From positions 3,488,001 through 3,552,000 of the forward strand of contig OZ242383.1 of assembly GCA_965209155.1 (NCBI GenBank): 64,000 bases of DNA, given 5' to 3'. Position numbers and translations under genes: made by a program. Source of the stretch: a bacterium. GTDB taxonomy: Bacteria; SAR324; NAC60-12. Below, piece after piece: positions 32,034 to 42,901 of the stretch; position 1 is the first letter of the stretch, and each line of letters begins with the position of its first letter. The notes beneath the pieces are model-generated. The model saw only the letters and a program-made list of their open reading frames with translations, did not search any database and was not told the origin of the DNA.

Positions 32034-32127
32034 TGTCATTGCGAGAAGCGAGGAACGAGCGACGAAGCAATCTCAATGGCTGCAAGAGATTGCTTCGCAA
32101 GGGGGCCGCCTAGGCCTCGCAATAACG
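32034..32127. repeat. REP-like palindrome (GTCATTGCGAG..GAAGCAATCTC..GAGATTGCTTCG..CTCGCAAT)
   Basis: Intergenic inverted pair CGAAGCAATCTC / GAGATTGCTTCG with outer arms TTGCGAG / CTCGCAA. Confidence 0.65.
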
Positions 32128-32153
32128 GGGGAAATCGCAATAAGGTGTGTCGC

Positions 32154-33113
32154 ATGAGAGCCTATATCATCAGAAGGGTATTGCTCCTAATCCCCACCCT
32201 GTTCATCCTGACTATCCTGGTCTTTCTCTCGGTCCGCTTCATCCCGGGCGATGTCGTAGACACCATAGCGTCCAGGCTGGAAACTGCTTATGGCGAGGGG
32301 ATTGACCGTGAAGCGGTTGAGCGTATGCTGGGACTGGACGTGCCGGTTTACGTGCAGTATGGACGCTGGATCGGAGATATTCTCCTGCACGGCAGCCTTG
32401 GCAAATCCCTGCTGGGCGGTTATGTGATCGAGGAGAAGATCTTAAATAGATTGCCGGTCACCATTGAGCTGGGCCTCCTGGCCATCGTGATTGGGCTGGT
32501 GATCGCGTTGCCCATTGGCATCTACTCGGCGATTCGCCAGGATACGGCCGCCGACTACGCGGGGCGCACCCTGGCCATCATCGGTCTGGCCACGCCCAAC
32601 TTCTGGCTGGCCCTGATGGTCATACTCTACCCGGCCATCTGGTGGGGCTGGTCGCCCCCGACGGAGCTGGTTTCGTTCACCGAAGACCCGCTGGGGAATC
32701 TCGCGGTGTTCCTCATTCCCAGCCTGATTCTGGGGACGGCCCTCTCGGCCGCCACCATGCGGATGACGCGCACGATGATGCTGGAGGTGTTGCGGCAGGA
32801 TTACATCCGAACGGCCTGGTCCAAGGGGCTCAGGGAGCGGGTCGTGGTGATCCGGCACACCATCAAAAATGCCCTCATCCCGATCGTGACTCTGATCGGC
32901 CTGCAGTTGCCGCTCCTGGTCGGGGGCTCGGTGATCATGGAGCACATCTTTAGCCTGCCGGGGCTCGGTCGTCTTCTGCTGACTGCGCTCACGAGCAGAG
33001 ACTACCCGGTGGTCTCCGGAGTCAACCTGTTTTTCGCCACCGTGGTGGTGGCGGTCAATCTCCTGATCGACCTGATTTATCCTTATTTAGACCCCAGGAT
33101 CCGGTATAAATAG
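32154..33113 (+). CDS. ABC transporter permease (DppB/OppB-like)
   Basis: MRAYIIRR start, RLPVTIEL, DYIRTAWSKGL and YLDPRI motifs. Confidence 0.92.
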   Translation: MRAYIIRRVLLLIPTLFILTILVFLSVRFIPGDVVDTIASRLETAYGEGIDREAVERMLGLDVPVYVQYGRWIGDILLHGSLGKSLLGGYVIEEKILNRLPVTIELGLLAIVIGLVIALPIGIYSAIRQDTAADYAGRTLAIIGLATPNFWLALMVILYPAIWWGWSPPTELVSFTEDPLGNLAVFLIPSLILGTALSAATMRMTRTMMLEVLRQDYIRTAWSKGLRERVVVIRHTIKNALIPIVTLIGLQLPLLVGGSVIMEHIFSLPGLGRLLLTALTSRDYPVVSGVNLFFATVVVAVNLLIDLIYPYLDPRIRYK

Positions 33114-33225
33114 TCGCTGGCGCGAAAGGGATGAGGGGTTAGGATTAATATAGCCAAGAAAACGGTATGGTCGGTGGTCCGACATTTCGGTGACGTCACG
33201 GCCAATGCGAGCGATGCGTTTTTTA

Positions 33226-33249
33226 GGCCGGGACGTCACCCGGCCCTAC
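33226..33249 (-). repeat. GTAG-type REP-like hairpin
   Basis: Minus strand reads GTAG-GGCCGGG-TGACGT-CCCGGCC, with a degenerate partner at ~33175-33203. Confidence 0.45.
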
Positions 33250-33268
33250 CTATAGAGAATTCGAGAAC

Positions 33269-34237
33269 ATGAACAACACCCAAGAGACCCCATCCCCCAT
33301 CCGTGAACCCAGGCGACGTTCCAGGCTGGCGGATTTCTTTATCAGGCTGCTCAAGGAGAAGCCCCTGGGGACCTTCGGCGGGATTATCATCTTGCTCTTG
33401 ATTCTGTTGGCGATCTTTGCCGATGTTCTGGCTCCTTATCGTTATGATAAAATGCACCTGGCAGACCGGCTGCAGGGCGCATCAGTCCAGTATCTCCTGG
33501 GGACCGACCAGTTGGGGCGTGACCTCTTGAGCCGCCTGATCGTCGGGGCACGTCTTTCCATACTGGTCGGTCTGGCAGCGACCACTGTTAATGTGGTCGT
33601 CGCTCTCCTGGTAGGCGGCATTTCCGGATTCATTGGGGGTAAATTTGACCTGACGATGCAGCGATTTGTCGATGCCTGGATGGCTTTCCCGGGATTGCTC
33701 GTCTTGCTAACCATCATGTCCATCGTGGGGCAGGGTTTGGCCCAGCTCATCCTGGTCCTGGGGATCGCCGGAGGCATCAGCGGCTCCCGAGTGATCAGAA
33801 GCGCCGTGATCGCTGTCAAAGAGAATGACTATTTTCTGGCAGCCCAGGCCGTGGGCACCCCCACAACCCAAATCCTCATTCGCCATGTCCTGCCCAATAT
33901 TATCGCCCCCCTCATCATCATCTTCTCGATCAACATCGGGGGGGTGATTATGGCGGAGGCTTCCTTAAGCTTCCTCGGATTCGGTCTGCCCCCAAGCATT
34001 CCCAGCTGGGGTGGTTTGCTCAGCCGGGAAGGGCGGGTCTACATGGAGCAGGCGCCCTGGCTGGCGCTCTGGCCCGGGCTTTGCCTGACGCTTGTCGTCT
34101 ACTCCTTCAACATGTTCGGCGATGCCATGCGCGATCTACTCGATCCCCGGCTGCGGGGCGGTCAGGGAAGTTATGGCGCTGCGATGGTGAAACGCAAACG
34201 AGGATTCCTCTCCAGACTGCTCAACCCCTTCGCTTAG
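33269..34237 (+). CDS. ABC transporter permease (DppC/OppC-like)
   Basis: LGTDQLGRDLLSR, RHVLPN, EASLSFLG and GDAMRDLLDPR motifs. Confidence 0.92.
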   Translation: MNNTQETPSPIREPRRRSRLADFFIRLLKEKPLGTFGGIIILLLILLAIFADVLAPYRYDKMHLADRLQGASVQYLLGTDQLGRDLLSRLIVGARLSILVGLAATTVNVVVALLVGGISGFIGGKFDLTMQRFVDAWMAFPGLLVLLTIMSIVGQGLAQLILVLGIAGGISGSRVIRSAVIAVKENDYFLAAQAVGTPTTQILIRHVLPNIIAPLIIIFSINIGGVIMAEASLSFLGFGLPPSIPSWGGLLSREGRVYMEQAPWLALWPGLCLTLVVYSFNMFGDAMRDLLDPRLRGGQGSYGAAMVKRKRGFLSRLLNPFA

Positions 34238-34259
34238 AAATTCGTCCGACCCAGCTCAG

Positions 34260-35039
34260 GTGAAATCTTTTGGCGAGGTCGGAACATCCATAAGATGTCA
34301 AAGAAAGAACGGATGGCTTACCGCCGCGAGTGCCAGGCCGTTTTCCAAGACCCATACGCCGTCTTTAACCCCCTTCTATCGCGCTGATCACGTGTTCAAT
34401 ATGGCCGTCTCCGGATTTCAGCTGGCCCGCGGCAGGGCTGAGGCGAGAAGGATGATCGAGGAGGCGCTGGAGGTCGTGGGCATAAGACCGGAGGAGATCT
34501 TGAGAAAATACCCTCTTCAACTCTCGGGTGGACAGAGACAGCGGATCATCGTGCCCCGCGCCTTCATGTTGAAACCGCGCCTCATTGTTGCCGACGAACC
34601 GGTCTCCATGATCGATGCCTCGCTGAGAGCCCAGATCCTCGAGATCATGCTCAAGCTGAAGGAGGATTTCGGCATTAGCTTTCTCTTTATCACCCACGAC
34701 CTCTCCACCGCGTATCAGATCAGCGACCGGATCTTCATCCTGTACCGGGGGTCCGTCGCGGAGACCGGGGATGCCACCGGAGTCATCAATGATCCTCAGC
34801 ACCCCTACACTCAGCTCCTGATCGGCTCCATCCCCACTCCCGACCCATCCGCCAAATGGCAAGAGGAGGTATCCGTTGAAGAGGAGATGGGAAAGGGCGA
34901 TCGGGTGGGATGCAAGTTCTACCGTCGTTGTCCCCACGCCACGCGGATCTGTCACGAGCGTCCTCCCCCTCTGTACCCAGTGGGCGATTGTCATCAGCCT
35001 TCGTGCTACTTTTACAGGGAACTAAAGAGGGACAAATGA
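34260..35039 (+). pseudogene. Oligopeptide ABC ATPase, 5'-truncated and frameshifted
   Basis: LSGGQRQR, VADEP and HPYT present; Walker A absent; the QAVFQDPY segment is in another frame. Confidence 0.8.
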
Positions 35040-35271
35040 CATCTGTCAAAGAGACACTTTAAAAAGGGGGTCAGGCGTGAAAGTTTGAATTATCAAGCAA
35101 GTACTTGACGTTTCCGTTCCTCTAATTGATTTTGGAGACCCTCGCATTCTTTCAATCGTGGTCTCAACCGGTGCACGGCAAAGCGGATCGTCGAAATAGG
35201 AGCAAGAGGAGTCTCGCTGTTTTTTTTCTTCGTCAAGTTTGGACCATTGAGACATGCGACCTCTTGTCGCA

Positions 35272-35343
35272 CGCTAACGACCAAGCTCAGCCACGGGCGG
35301 CCCGCGTAGTGGGTTGGCCGTCGGCTGGAGCGACTGGTCAGGC
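35272..35343 (-). other. Integron attC site (72 bp)
   Basis: Minus strand: R'' GCCTGAC, 5 nt, L'' GCTCCAGC ... L' GCTGAGC, 6 nt, R' GTTAGCG; extra base in L''; stop of the upstream ORF lies within R''. Confidence 0.82.
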
Positions 35344-35517
35344 AGTGCTTCTTTCTTCCAATTCAGAATTGCCCATCTGGCGGCTAACCAAACGATCTCT
35401 GTAACGTTTTTGACGCATCCGGTAGTACTCCAGCAGTTTACGTGGATCGTGATCCACCAACTCGGATATCTGATGACGCACGTCACGGATGGCCTGAATG
35501 ATGGGATCATTTTTCAT
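35338..35517 (-). CDS. Small protein coupled to a PIN-domain gene (MKNDPIIQAIRDVRHQ...)
   Basis: ATG overlaps (ATGA) the reconstructed stop of the interrupted PIN gene; ends in the attC. Confidence 0.65.
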   Translation of the reverse strand: MKNDPIIQAIRDVRHQISELVDHDPRKLLEYYRMRQKRYRDRLVSRQMGNSELEERSTA

Positions 35518-35541
35518 AATGCCTCCGTCTCCCCAATTAAT

Positions 35542-36103
35542 TAATCTCATTAAACCACCAGCTCTGCTGGTGCGAACCTAATAGGCTTTGCCGGTCAGAC
35601 ATGAGAAAGGTATCCGTGTCCGTTAGCCGTGCTCGTGCTCGTGAACGGTCAGTGAATTCGACGGCACATTTTGGTTAACATAGAAACAATGCGATGAAGT
35701 AACTGTTTCCCTTCGTCAAATAAAGGAGGCTGGATGATCTTCAACACGTTTAAAACATCGAGAATAGCAGCGCATTCCATTGCGGAACCTCGGGCAAATG
35801 CATAGAATCGTTGCTTGTCAGCAAAGGAATTTTTTCCACAGCCTTCTGCGATATTGAGAGGAATCGATCATGAGGCCCTTTTCAGTTGGTCAACTAAGGC
35901 TGAGTATCCTTTTGGCAATGTTTCGATGACTTGGACAGATAACGCTAAAAATTCGATGGAACATTGGTATACATCGAGTTTTTCATGATCTAACATGGCA
36001 GCCTTTTTCGTTCACGAGCACGAGCACGTCTTACGATGACGAACACGTTTTGCCCTCATACTGGGGGCCTCTTCAAGCCACCGGCTCTGCCGGTGGTGAT
36101 GAC
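35542..36103 (+). mobile_element. Non-autonomous IS200/IS605-ended four-helix-bundle element, copy 2 (562 bp)
   Basis: Follows TAAT (35538-35541) and ends in TGAC; perfect hairpins; removing it restores the PIN gene 3' end. Confidence 0.92.
35649..35996 (-). pseudogene. Four-helix-bundle gene with nonsense mutation W43*
   Basis: Colinear with copy 1; TGG to TGA at 35868-35870. Confidence 0.9.
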
Positions 36104-36239
36104 TCAAGAGGTGTTATAAGCGACGGAACAAATAAACCAAGAATTCCGTTGATCCGTCGAAAATGCGAAAATTTGTTAGCGTTCGCAAGATGACGGCAAT
36201 TCCACGTAAGAAGAAAATCGATCTTGTGAGTTGATGCAT
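36104..36239 (-). pseudogene. PIN-domain (VapC-like) toxin fragment, continued at 35541-35514
   Basis: HKIDFLLTWNCRHLANA...LITPL, with rejoined tail ELIGETEAL*; 5' part lost. Confidence 0.75.
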
Positions 36240-36241
36240 TT

Positions 36242-36390
36242 GAGCCAAGCGATGAACACCTGACAAGTCGTGCCGGATTGGCCTTGTTTGCCCAGTATCT
36301 GCAAAGCATTCAACGGATTCCGGTCCGGGAGAAGATGTTTGCTTCGATGCGTAAAAACAAAAAAGGGATTGCGGTCACTGATTTCTTTTT
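36242..36390 (+). pseudogene. IS1380-like transposase N-terminal fragment
   Basis: Manual translation EPSDEHLTSRAGLALFAQYLQSI..MRKNKKGIAV. Confidence 0.55.
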
Positions 36391-36495
36391 TTCTTGACTA
36401 TTGTGAAGTCCCTTTTATATTAGAAATTGCAAATAACAATAACACATAAAGTCGAACCACCTGACTCATAAAACAGCTCATTAAAGGAGATTAAA

Positions 36496-36753
36496 ATGAT
36501 TTTAAGAAATATTCGCCTTTCTAAGGTAATTCATACTTTTAAAAAAACAAAATTTGATATTGAATTTCACTACAATAATCGCGAATGTATTGAAGAAAAT
36601 ATTACATTAAATCATGATCAATATGATGAATTGACAACATTTAAAGACATTACTATACCAGCCGACTTTGAAGATCAAGAAGATTTCCAACGCCTTATTA
36701 CATATTTTTTAGAACACAATGAAAAAATTTTTCAAAGAGGTGCAGTAATTTAA
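36496..36753 (+). CDS. Hypothetical protein, AT-rich (85 aa)
   Basis: Strong RBS AAGGAG; TTGACT and a -10-like sequence upstream. Confidence 0.6.
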   Translation: MILRNIRLSKVIHTFKKTKFDIEFHYNNRECIEENITLNHDQYDELTTFKDITIPADFEDQEDFQRLITYFLEHNEKIFQRGAVI

Positions 36754-36988
36754 CAAAGACTTTAACCTACTCAATGGGTTTGCTTTTATCCGTTTCCTCA
36801 ATTGATGAACCCTGTAACTCAAGGATAAAAGTAAATTCAAGAGCCTATTAAAAAAAGGAATGACCGTTGAGAGGATGATTGATCCCGGATGCCGGATAAC
36901 TTCACCAGCGCTTTTTTTGTATTCGTCTCCTACCCTGACACCGGAAGCCTTGAAGAAGAATGTGGGCGTCTTGTTTTTGATGAAACGC

Positions 36989-37762
36989 TCATTGATCCCA
37001 ATATCGTAACGCGCATCGAGTATCTTTCTGCACGAGTTCGTAGAATCGAGCATTGTGACCAAGCCAGGGACTGGCGCGATGGCGATATTCATGAATCAGG
37101 GTCTCAATCAACAATGATTTTTTTGGACCTCCGTAAAACCAGAAGTTGGAACGGTGGATCTTGATCTGGTATTCTCCCCAATAAAAACCTGTTTCCCCAT
37201 ACTGAATTTTATTATGATGATAAACACTTTCCGGAGTGTAAAGAACGGGGATGGTTTGTATTTTTTCCAGCATCTGGTCAGAAAAACAAGGCAAGTGAGC
37301 CAATTTTCTTGCAAAACTCTCAATCACTTGCTGTCGGGCAGTAACGTTTTCCAAAACGACCCCCAACAAGTGATAACGGTCCATCAGAAAGAATAACGTT
37401 CCAAAGACCATGGTAACCATTAAAAAGACACTCAACCATTTCCCCCGTACTGGGGACCTGGGGCTTTTCCGGTAGAGGTGTCGTTTTTTGAGGCTTACCC
37501 ATTCCCTCCATTCTCTTTGCAAACCGTGCAGTAACGATTCTTTCAGGTTGTCCCAATCGAGTTCGTCAAATGATTGAGAAGTTGGCAAATCCAATTGAAA
37601 AAACGCCTGTTCACCACAACGATGACAGTCGATTCGGGCAAACCAAGACTGATCATTTCCTCGCAAAGGTATCAAAGAAATCCTGTCGCTCTGACAGAGT
37701 GGACAGGTCAACGTTTGGGGGGGATACCATTCATTCTCTCGCAAATTGTAATACCTACTCAT
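36989..37762 (-). CDS. Hypothetical protein: zinc ribbon + TM helix + HExxH zincin-like motif
   Basis: CPLC..CHRC, one hydrophobic span, LIHEYRH..GHNARFY. Confidence 0.65.
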   Translation of the reverse strand: MSRYYNLRENEWYPPQTLTCPLCQSDRISLIPLRGNDQSWFARIDCHRCGEQAFFQLDLPTSQSFDELDWDNLKESLLHGLQREWREWVSLKKRHLYRKSPRSPVRGKWLSVFLMVTMVFGTLFFLMDRYHLLGVVLENVTARQQVIESFARKLAHLPCFSDQMLEKIQTIPVLYTPESVYHHNKIQYGETGFYWGEYQIKIHRSNFWFYGGPKKSLLIETLIHEYRHRASPWLGHNARFYELVQKDTRCALRYWDQ

Positions 37763-37792
37763 TTGACAGGAAGCAGAAGGCGTGGAATTTCT

Positions 37793-38623
37793 CTACCACA
37801 TGACCCAACCGCTGGTATTGATGTCTTGTCCGGTCATACTCGATGATTCGTCCGAGGCAAGATAAAGCGCTAAGGATGCCGAATCTTCCGGTCCCGAATG
37901 TTTATCGAGGTAGTCTTCATCCGAACACCACCTGCCTGCGAGCACCTTATTCTTTTTTGACTTTTTAAATTCCTCACGAAAAGCGGATTCATCAAAAGGT
38001 CGATTATTGTAAGAGGCTCGCGCACGTGTCAACTCTGCGGTTCTATCTTCATGTATACCGGGACAAATTGCATTTACGTTGATGTTGTACCGTCCCACGT
38101 CGGCAGCCAATGTTCGGGTGAAACCAATCACTCCCATCTTGGAAGTCGCATAAGGTGTCCGATGCGAAAGGGGTTCCTTTCCCGTACCTGAGCTGAAGTT
38201 GATGATTTTTCCATAACGATTGCGGATCATTTCGGGTAAAACTGCTTTACAACAGATAAATAGTGAATCGAGATTAATGGCGAGTGTTTTTTTCCATTCG
38301 CCCAAGGTCATCATCCAAACATCTTTGGTGGGTCCTGCAATGCCAACCACGTTGGCCAGAATATCAATGGTCCCCAGTTGCTTTACGGTTTCCCGTACCA
38401 TCTCGTTGACATCATGCTCCTTGGAGACGTCAGTCTGGAAGCACAACGCTTTGCCTCCTTTATCACGAATTTCGGAACCCAGCTTCTCTTCCAAACTCGT
38501 CACTGGGATGATATCACAAATGGCCAGCGCGGCTCCCTCTTCAGCGAACCGTCTCGCTACCGCTTCCGCATGCCCTCTACCTGCACCGGTGATCATGGCG
38601 ACTTTACCCGTCAATTTTCCCAT
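37793..38623 (-). CDS. SDR family NAD(P)-dependent oxidoreductase
   Basis: ITGAGRG, YATSK and VNAICPG motifs. Confidence 0.92.
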   Translation of the reverse strand: MGKLTGKVAMITGAGRGHAEAVARRFAEEGAALAICDIIPVTSLEEKLGSEIRDKGGKALCFQTDVSKEHDVNEMVRETVKQLGTIDILANVVGIAGPTKDVWMMTLGEWKKTLAINLDSLFICCKAVLPEMIRNRYGKIINFSSGTGKEPLSHRTPYATSKMGVIGFTRTLAADVGRYNINVNAICPGIHEDRTAELTRARASYNNRPFDESAFREEFKKSKKNKVLAGRWCSDEDYLDKHSGPEDSASLALYLASDESSSMTGQDINTSGWVMW

Positions 38624-38772
38624 AACATTTTCCTTCTTTTTTTGATTTTAAATGGCTTCATTGCATTTTGACAATGGTTGGCTTTACGTAGGAGGAGAGA
38701 TTCAACAAAGTCTCGTTCATGCTTCCAGTTCGGAATACCAAATCCGGGACAATCACTACCGGATTGATTCTT

Positions 38773-39954
<1,182 letters not shown>

Positions 39955-42099
39955 TTAAGTATAGAATCCTTTGGAGTCCCTTGCCATTGCATGAATTTGC
40001 TCGGTGGGTTCATACAATGGGTTATTGGTCGCATAGCGTCGCGCTTTTTCACACAAACTCTCCAATCCAATAGAATCCGCATATTTAAGCAATCCTCCGC
40101 GGAATGGAGGGAACCCGATTCCATAAATACAACCCATATCCAGCTCCTGGGGAGTGAAGACGATTTCATCCTCCAGACAGCGTGAGCTTTCGATAATCAT
40201 GGGAAGCATCATACGCTCCACAATTTCCTCATCCGTGACCTCTATTTTATGGATTATCAAGGATTGCAGCAGGACGTCGACGTCAGGATCCGACTTTTTA
40301 CCAGCTTTCCCTTTCTGATCTGTAGCATAGCGATAAAACCCTCGCCCGTTTTTTTGCCCGAAGCGCCCGTTTTCACAGAGAATCACTACTGCGGATTTTG
40401 CTTCGCTTTTCATGCGATCCGGAAAGCCTTGGGCCATCACTTCTTCGACATGAGCTGCCGTGTCCAATCCGATCACATCCAGCAAATGAGCGGGGCCCAT
40501 AGGCCATCCGAATTTTTCCATCACCTTGTCAATTCTCTTGAAATCCACTCCATGGCCCAACAATCCCATGAAACCGGCAAAGTAAGGCGCAAGAATTCGG
40601 TTGATTAAAAATCCGGGACAATCATTGACCACCAAAGGGCTCTTGCCCAGGGCGGTCGCATATCCCACGGCTTGCGCAATGGCTTGCTCTCCGGATTGCT
40701 CTCCGCGTATCACCTCGACCAAAGGCATACGGTGCACCGGATTGAAAAAATGCATGCCGCAGAAGGATTCCGGACGCTTCAGTCCTTCTGCAAGCTTAGT
40801 GATAGAAAGGGTTGAAGTATTGGAAGTGAGGATCGCTTCGTTTCTCATTATTGCTTCCGTCTCCATGAGAACCTTTTTTTTCAATTCGAGATTTTCAGCG
40901 ACTGCCTCCACGATGATGTCGGCAGCTTTTATGTCCTCATAGGAAAGGGTGCTCTGAATTTTATTCAAAATGGTTGCCATTGCTCCAGCATCGATTCTAC
41001 CTCGGGAAATTTGCTTTTCCAGTAAACTGGCCGAATGGGACAATCCAGCAGTGGTAGCCTTGGTGTCAACATCTTTCATCACCACCGGAATTCCTCGATA
41101 TGCCGATTGATAGGCGATACCACCCCCCATGATACCTGCTCCGAGCACGGCAGCCGATTGGATTGGTACAGCAGATTTCTGGTATTTTTTTGCATTTTTC
41201 TTCAAGTGTTGATCATTGAGAAAGAGGGAGACCAAGTTGGCGGCAACTGCGGTTTTTGCCAGTTTCGAAAAACCCTGATGTTCAAGATCCAAGGCTTTTT
41301 CCCGGCCATGGGTAGCAGCGGATTGCATGACTTCCACTGCTTTGACGGGAGCAGGATAATGGGGTCCTGCTTCTCCTGAAACAAATATTTTACCTCCTTC
41401 AAAGACCATCAATCCCTCCATAGCGTCGAGGTTCAAGGGCTCCAGTTTTTCTTGTCGTTTCGCTTTCCAATCCAGTTTCCCGGAAATGGCTTGCCGCAAG
41501 AGATGCAAGGAGGCCTCTTTCAGCTTTTCCGGTTCAACAACGGCTTCCACAACACCATGTTGGAATGCATCCTTTGCATGGTATTCCTTCCCCCCGGCGA
41601 TCCATTCGATGGCATTGTCGGCTCCTATCACTCGCGGTAGACGCATGGTTCCTCCAAATCCTGGGATAATACCGAGTTTCACTTCAGGCTGCCCCACTTT
41701 TGCTTGAGTGGACATGATCCGGTAGGTCGTGGCCAATCCCATTTCCAAACCGCCCCCCAAGGCATATCCGTTGAACGCGCACACACTGGGAAAATCAAGG
41801 TCTTCCAAGTCGCAAAAAATCCCATTGGCCGTTTTGAGCCAGGCAATGATTTCTTCTTCGGAACTGCTGAAATAGTCCAAAAACTCGCTGATATCTGCTC
41901 CGACGATAAAAGCGTCTTTTGCGCTGCTGACCAATAGTCCCCGGATGGTCGAGTCTCCTTTGAGTTGATCGGTCACCTCTCGTAATTCAGTCAGAGTTTT
42001 CCTGTCAAACTTATTGACAGACCTCCTCGCATCAAAAATCAACTCCACCATCCCATCTTCCAGGGGCTGACAACGGATTGTCTGACCTTCATAATTCAT
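39955..42099 (-). CDS. fadB: Fatty acid oxidation complex subunit alpha
   Basis: Enoyl-CoA hydratase (GGGLE, PEVKLG) and HADH (GAGIMGGG, GMHFFNP) domains. Confidence 0.95.
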   Translation of the reverse strand: MNYEGQTIRCQPLEDGMVELIFDARRSVNKFDRKTLTELREVTDQLKGDSTIRGLLVSSAKDAFIVGADISEFLDYFSSSEEEIIAWLKTANGIFCDLEDLDFPSVCAFNGYALGGGLEMGLATTYRIMSTQAKVGQPEVKLGIIPGFGGTMRLPRVIGADNAIEWIAGGKEYHAKDAFQHGVVEAVVEPEKLKEASLHLLRQAISGKLDWKAKRQEKLEPLNLDAMEGLMVFEGGKIFVSGEAGPHYPAPVKAVEVMQSAATHGREKALDLEHQGFSKLAKTAVAANLVSLFLNDQHLKKNAKKYQKSAVPIQSAAVLGAGIMGGGIAYQSAYRGIPVVMKDVDTKATTAGLSHSASLLEKQISRGRIDAGAMATILNKIQSTLSYEDIKAADIIVEAVAENLELKKKVLMETEAIMRNEAILTSNTSTLSITKLAEGLKRPESFCGMHFFNPVHRMPLVEVIRGEQSGEQAIAQAVGYATALGKSPLVVNDCPGFLINRILAPYFAGFMGLLGHGVDFKRIDKVMEKFGWPMGPAHLLDVIGLDTAAHVEEVMAQGFPDRMKSEAKSAVVILCENGRFGQKNGRGFYRYATDQKGKAGKKSDPDVDVLLQSLIIHKIEVTDEEIVERMMLPMIIESSRCLEDEIVFTPQELDMGCIYGIGFPPFRGGLLKYADSIGLESLCEKARRYATNNPLYEPTEQIHAMARDSKGFYT

Positions 42100-42110
42100 T
42101 GCTTCACCTT

Positions 42111-42236
42111 AAACTTGTCCCCGCTAAACTTGTCCTCGCGAAAGCGGGGAGCGGGGATCCGGATTTCTGCCTGGCCGCATGCCTCTGGATTCCTGGTCCC
42201 GGATCAAGTCCGGGATGATCCGGGACAGGAATGACA
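42111..42236. repeat. Nested REP-like palindromic element
   Basis: AAACTTGTCC(C/T)CGC twice followed by GCGGGGA twice, plus nested CCCGGATCAAGTCCGGG; scaffold shared in reverse with 57640-57776. Confidence 0.75.
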
Positions 42237-42431
42237 AGGTTTCTCCAAGATATGAAGATTCCATAAAATATTGGATTGATTGAATGCTTATCTCGAACTG
42301 AGGTTCCGTACAAGAGTCAGGCAATTGTATTGCCTTGTCAAGCATTATATTTTTTTAAACGGCAAGCGGTCCGGAGACAATGGAGTTTGAAGGAATGGTT
42401 CTAGAGACCAAGGGGGAGATGCGGAATCTTC

Positions 42432-42755
42432 GTATACCAATGTTCCATCGAATTTTTAGCGTTATCTGTCCAAGTCATCGAAACATTGCCAAAAGGATAC
42501 TCAGCCTTTGTTGACCAACTGAAAAGGGCCTCATGGTCGATTCCTCTCAATATCGCAGAAGGCTGTGGAAAAAATTCCTTTCCTGACAAGCAACGATTCT
42601 ATGCATTTGCCCGAGGTTCCGCAATGGAATGCGCTGCTATTCTCGATGTTTTAAAGGTGTTGAAGATCATCCAGCCTCCTTTATTTGACGAAGGGAAACA
42701 GTTACTTCATCGCAGTGTTTCTATGTTAACCAAAATGTGCCGTCGAATTCACTGA
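42432..42755 (+). pseudogene. Four-helix-bundle gene lacking its first 8 codons
   Basis: Homology starts at GTA TAC CAA (VYQ); in-frame TAG upstream at 42402-42404 and no ATG. Confidence 0.85.
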
Positions 42756-42851
42756 CCGTTCACGAGCACGAGCACGTCTTACGATGACGAACACGTTTTG
42801 CCCTCATACTGGGGGCCTCTTCAAGCCACTGGCTCTGCCGGTGGTGATGAC
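42432..42851 (+). mobile_element. Four-helix-bundle element, copy 3: left end lost, cargo gene inverted relative to the right end
   Basis: Gene stop (TGA 42753-42755), then the 20-bp repeat (42757-42776), then the right-end sequence to TGAC 42851. Confidence 0.88.
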
Positions 42852-42901
42852 TCGTAGCGATGATGAAAGAGAGGCGATACGAAAGCTTGTGATTCTATGA
42901 A

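Noticed and set aside
35046..35255. ORF MSQWSKL.. as an intact second integron cassette
   Set aside because: Plausible start after attC, but no recognisable product and no following attC.
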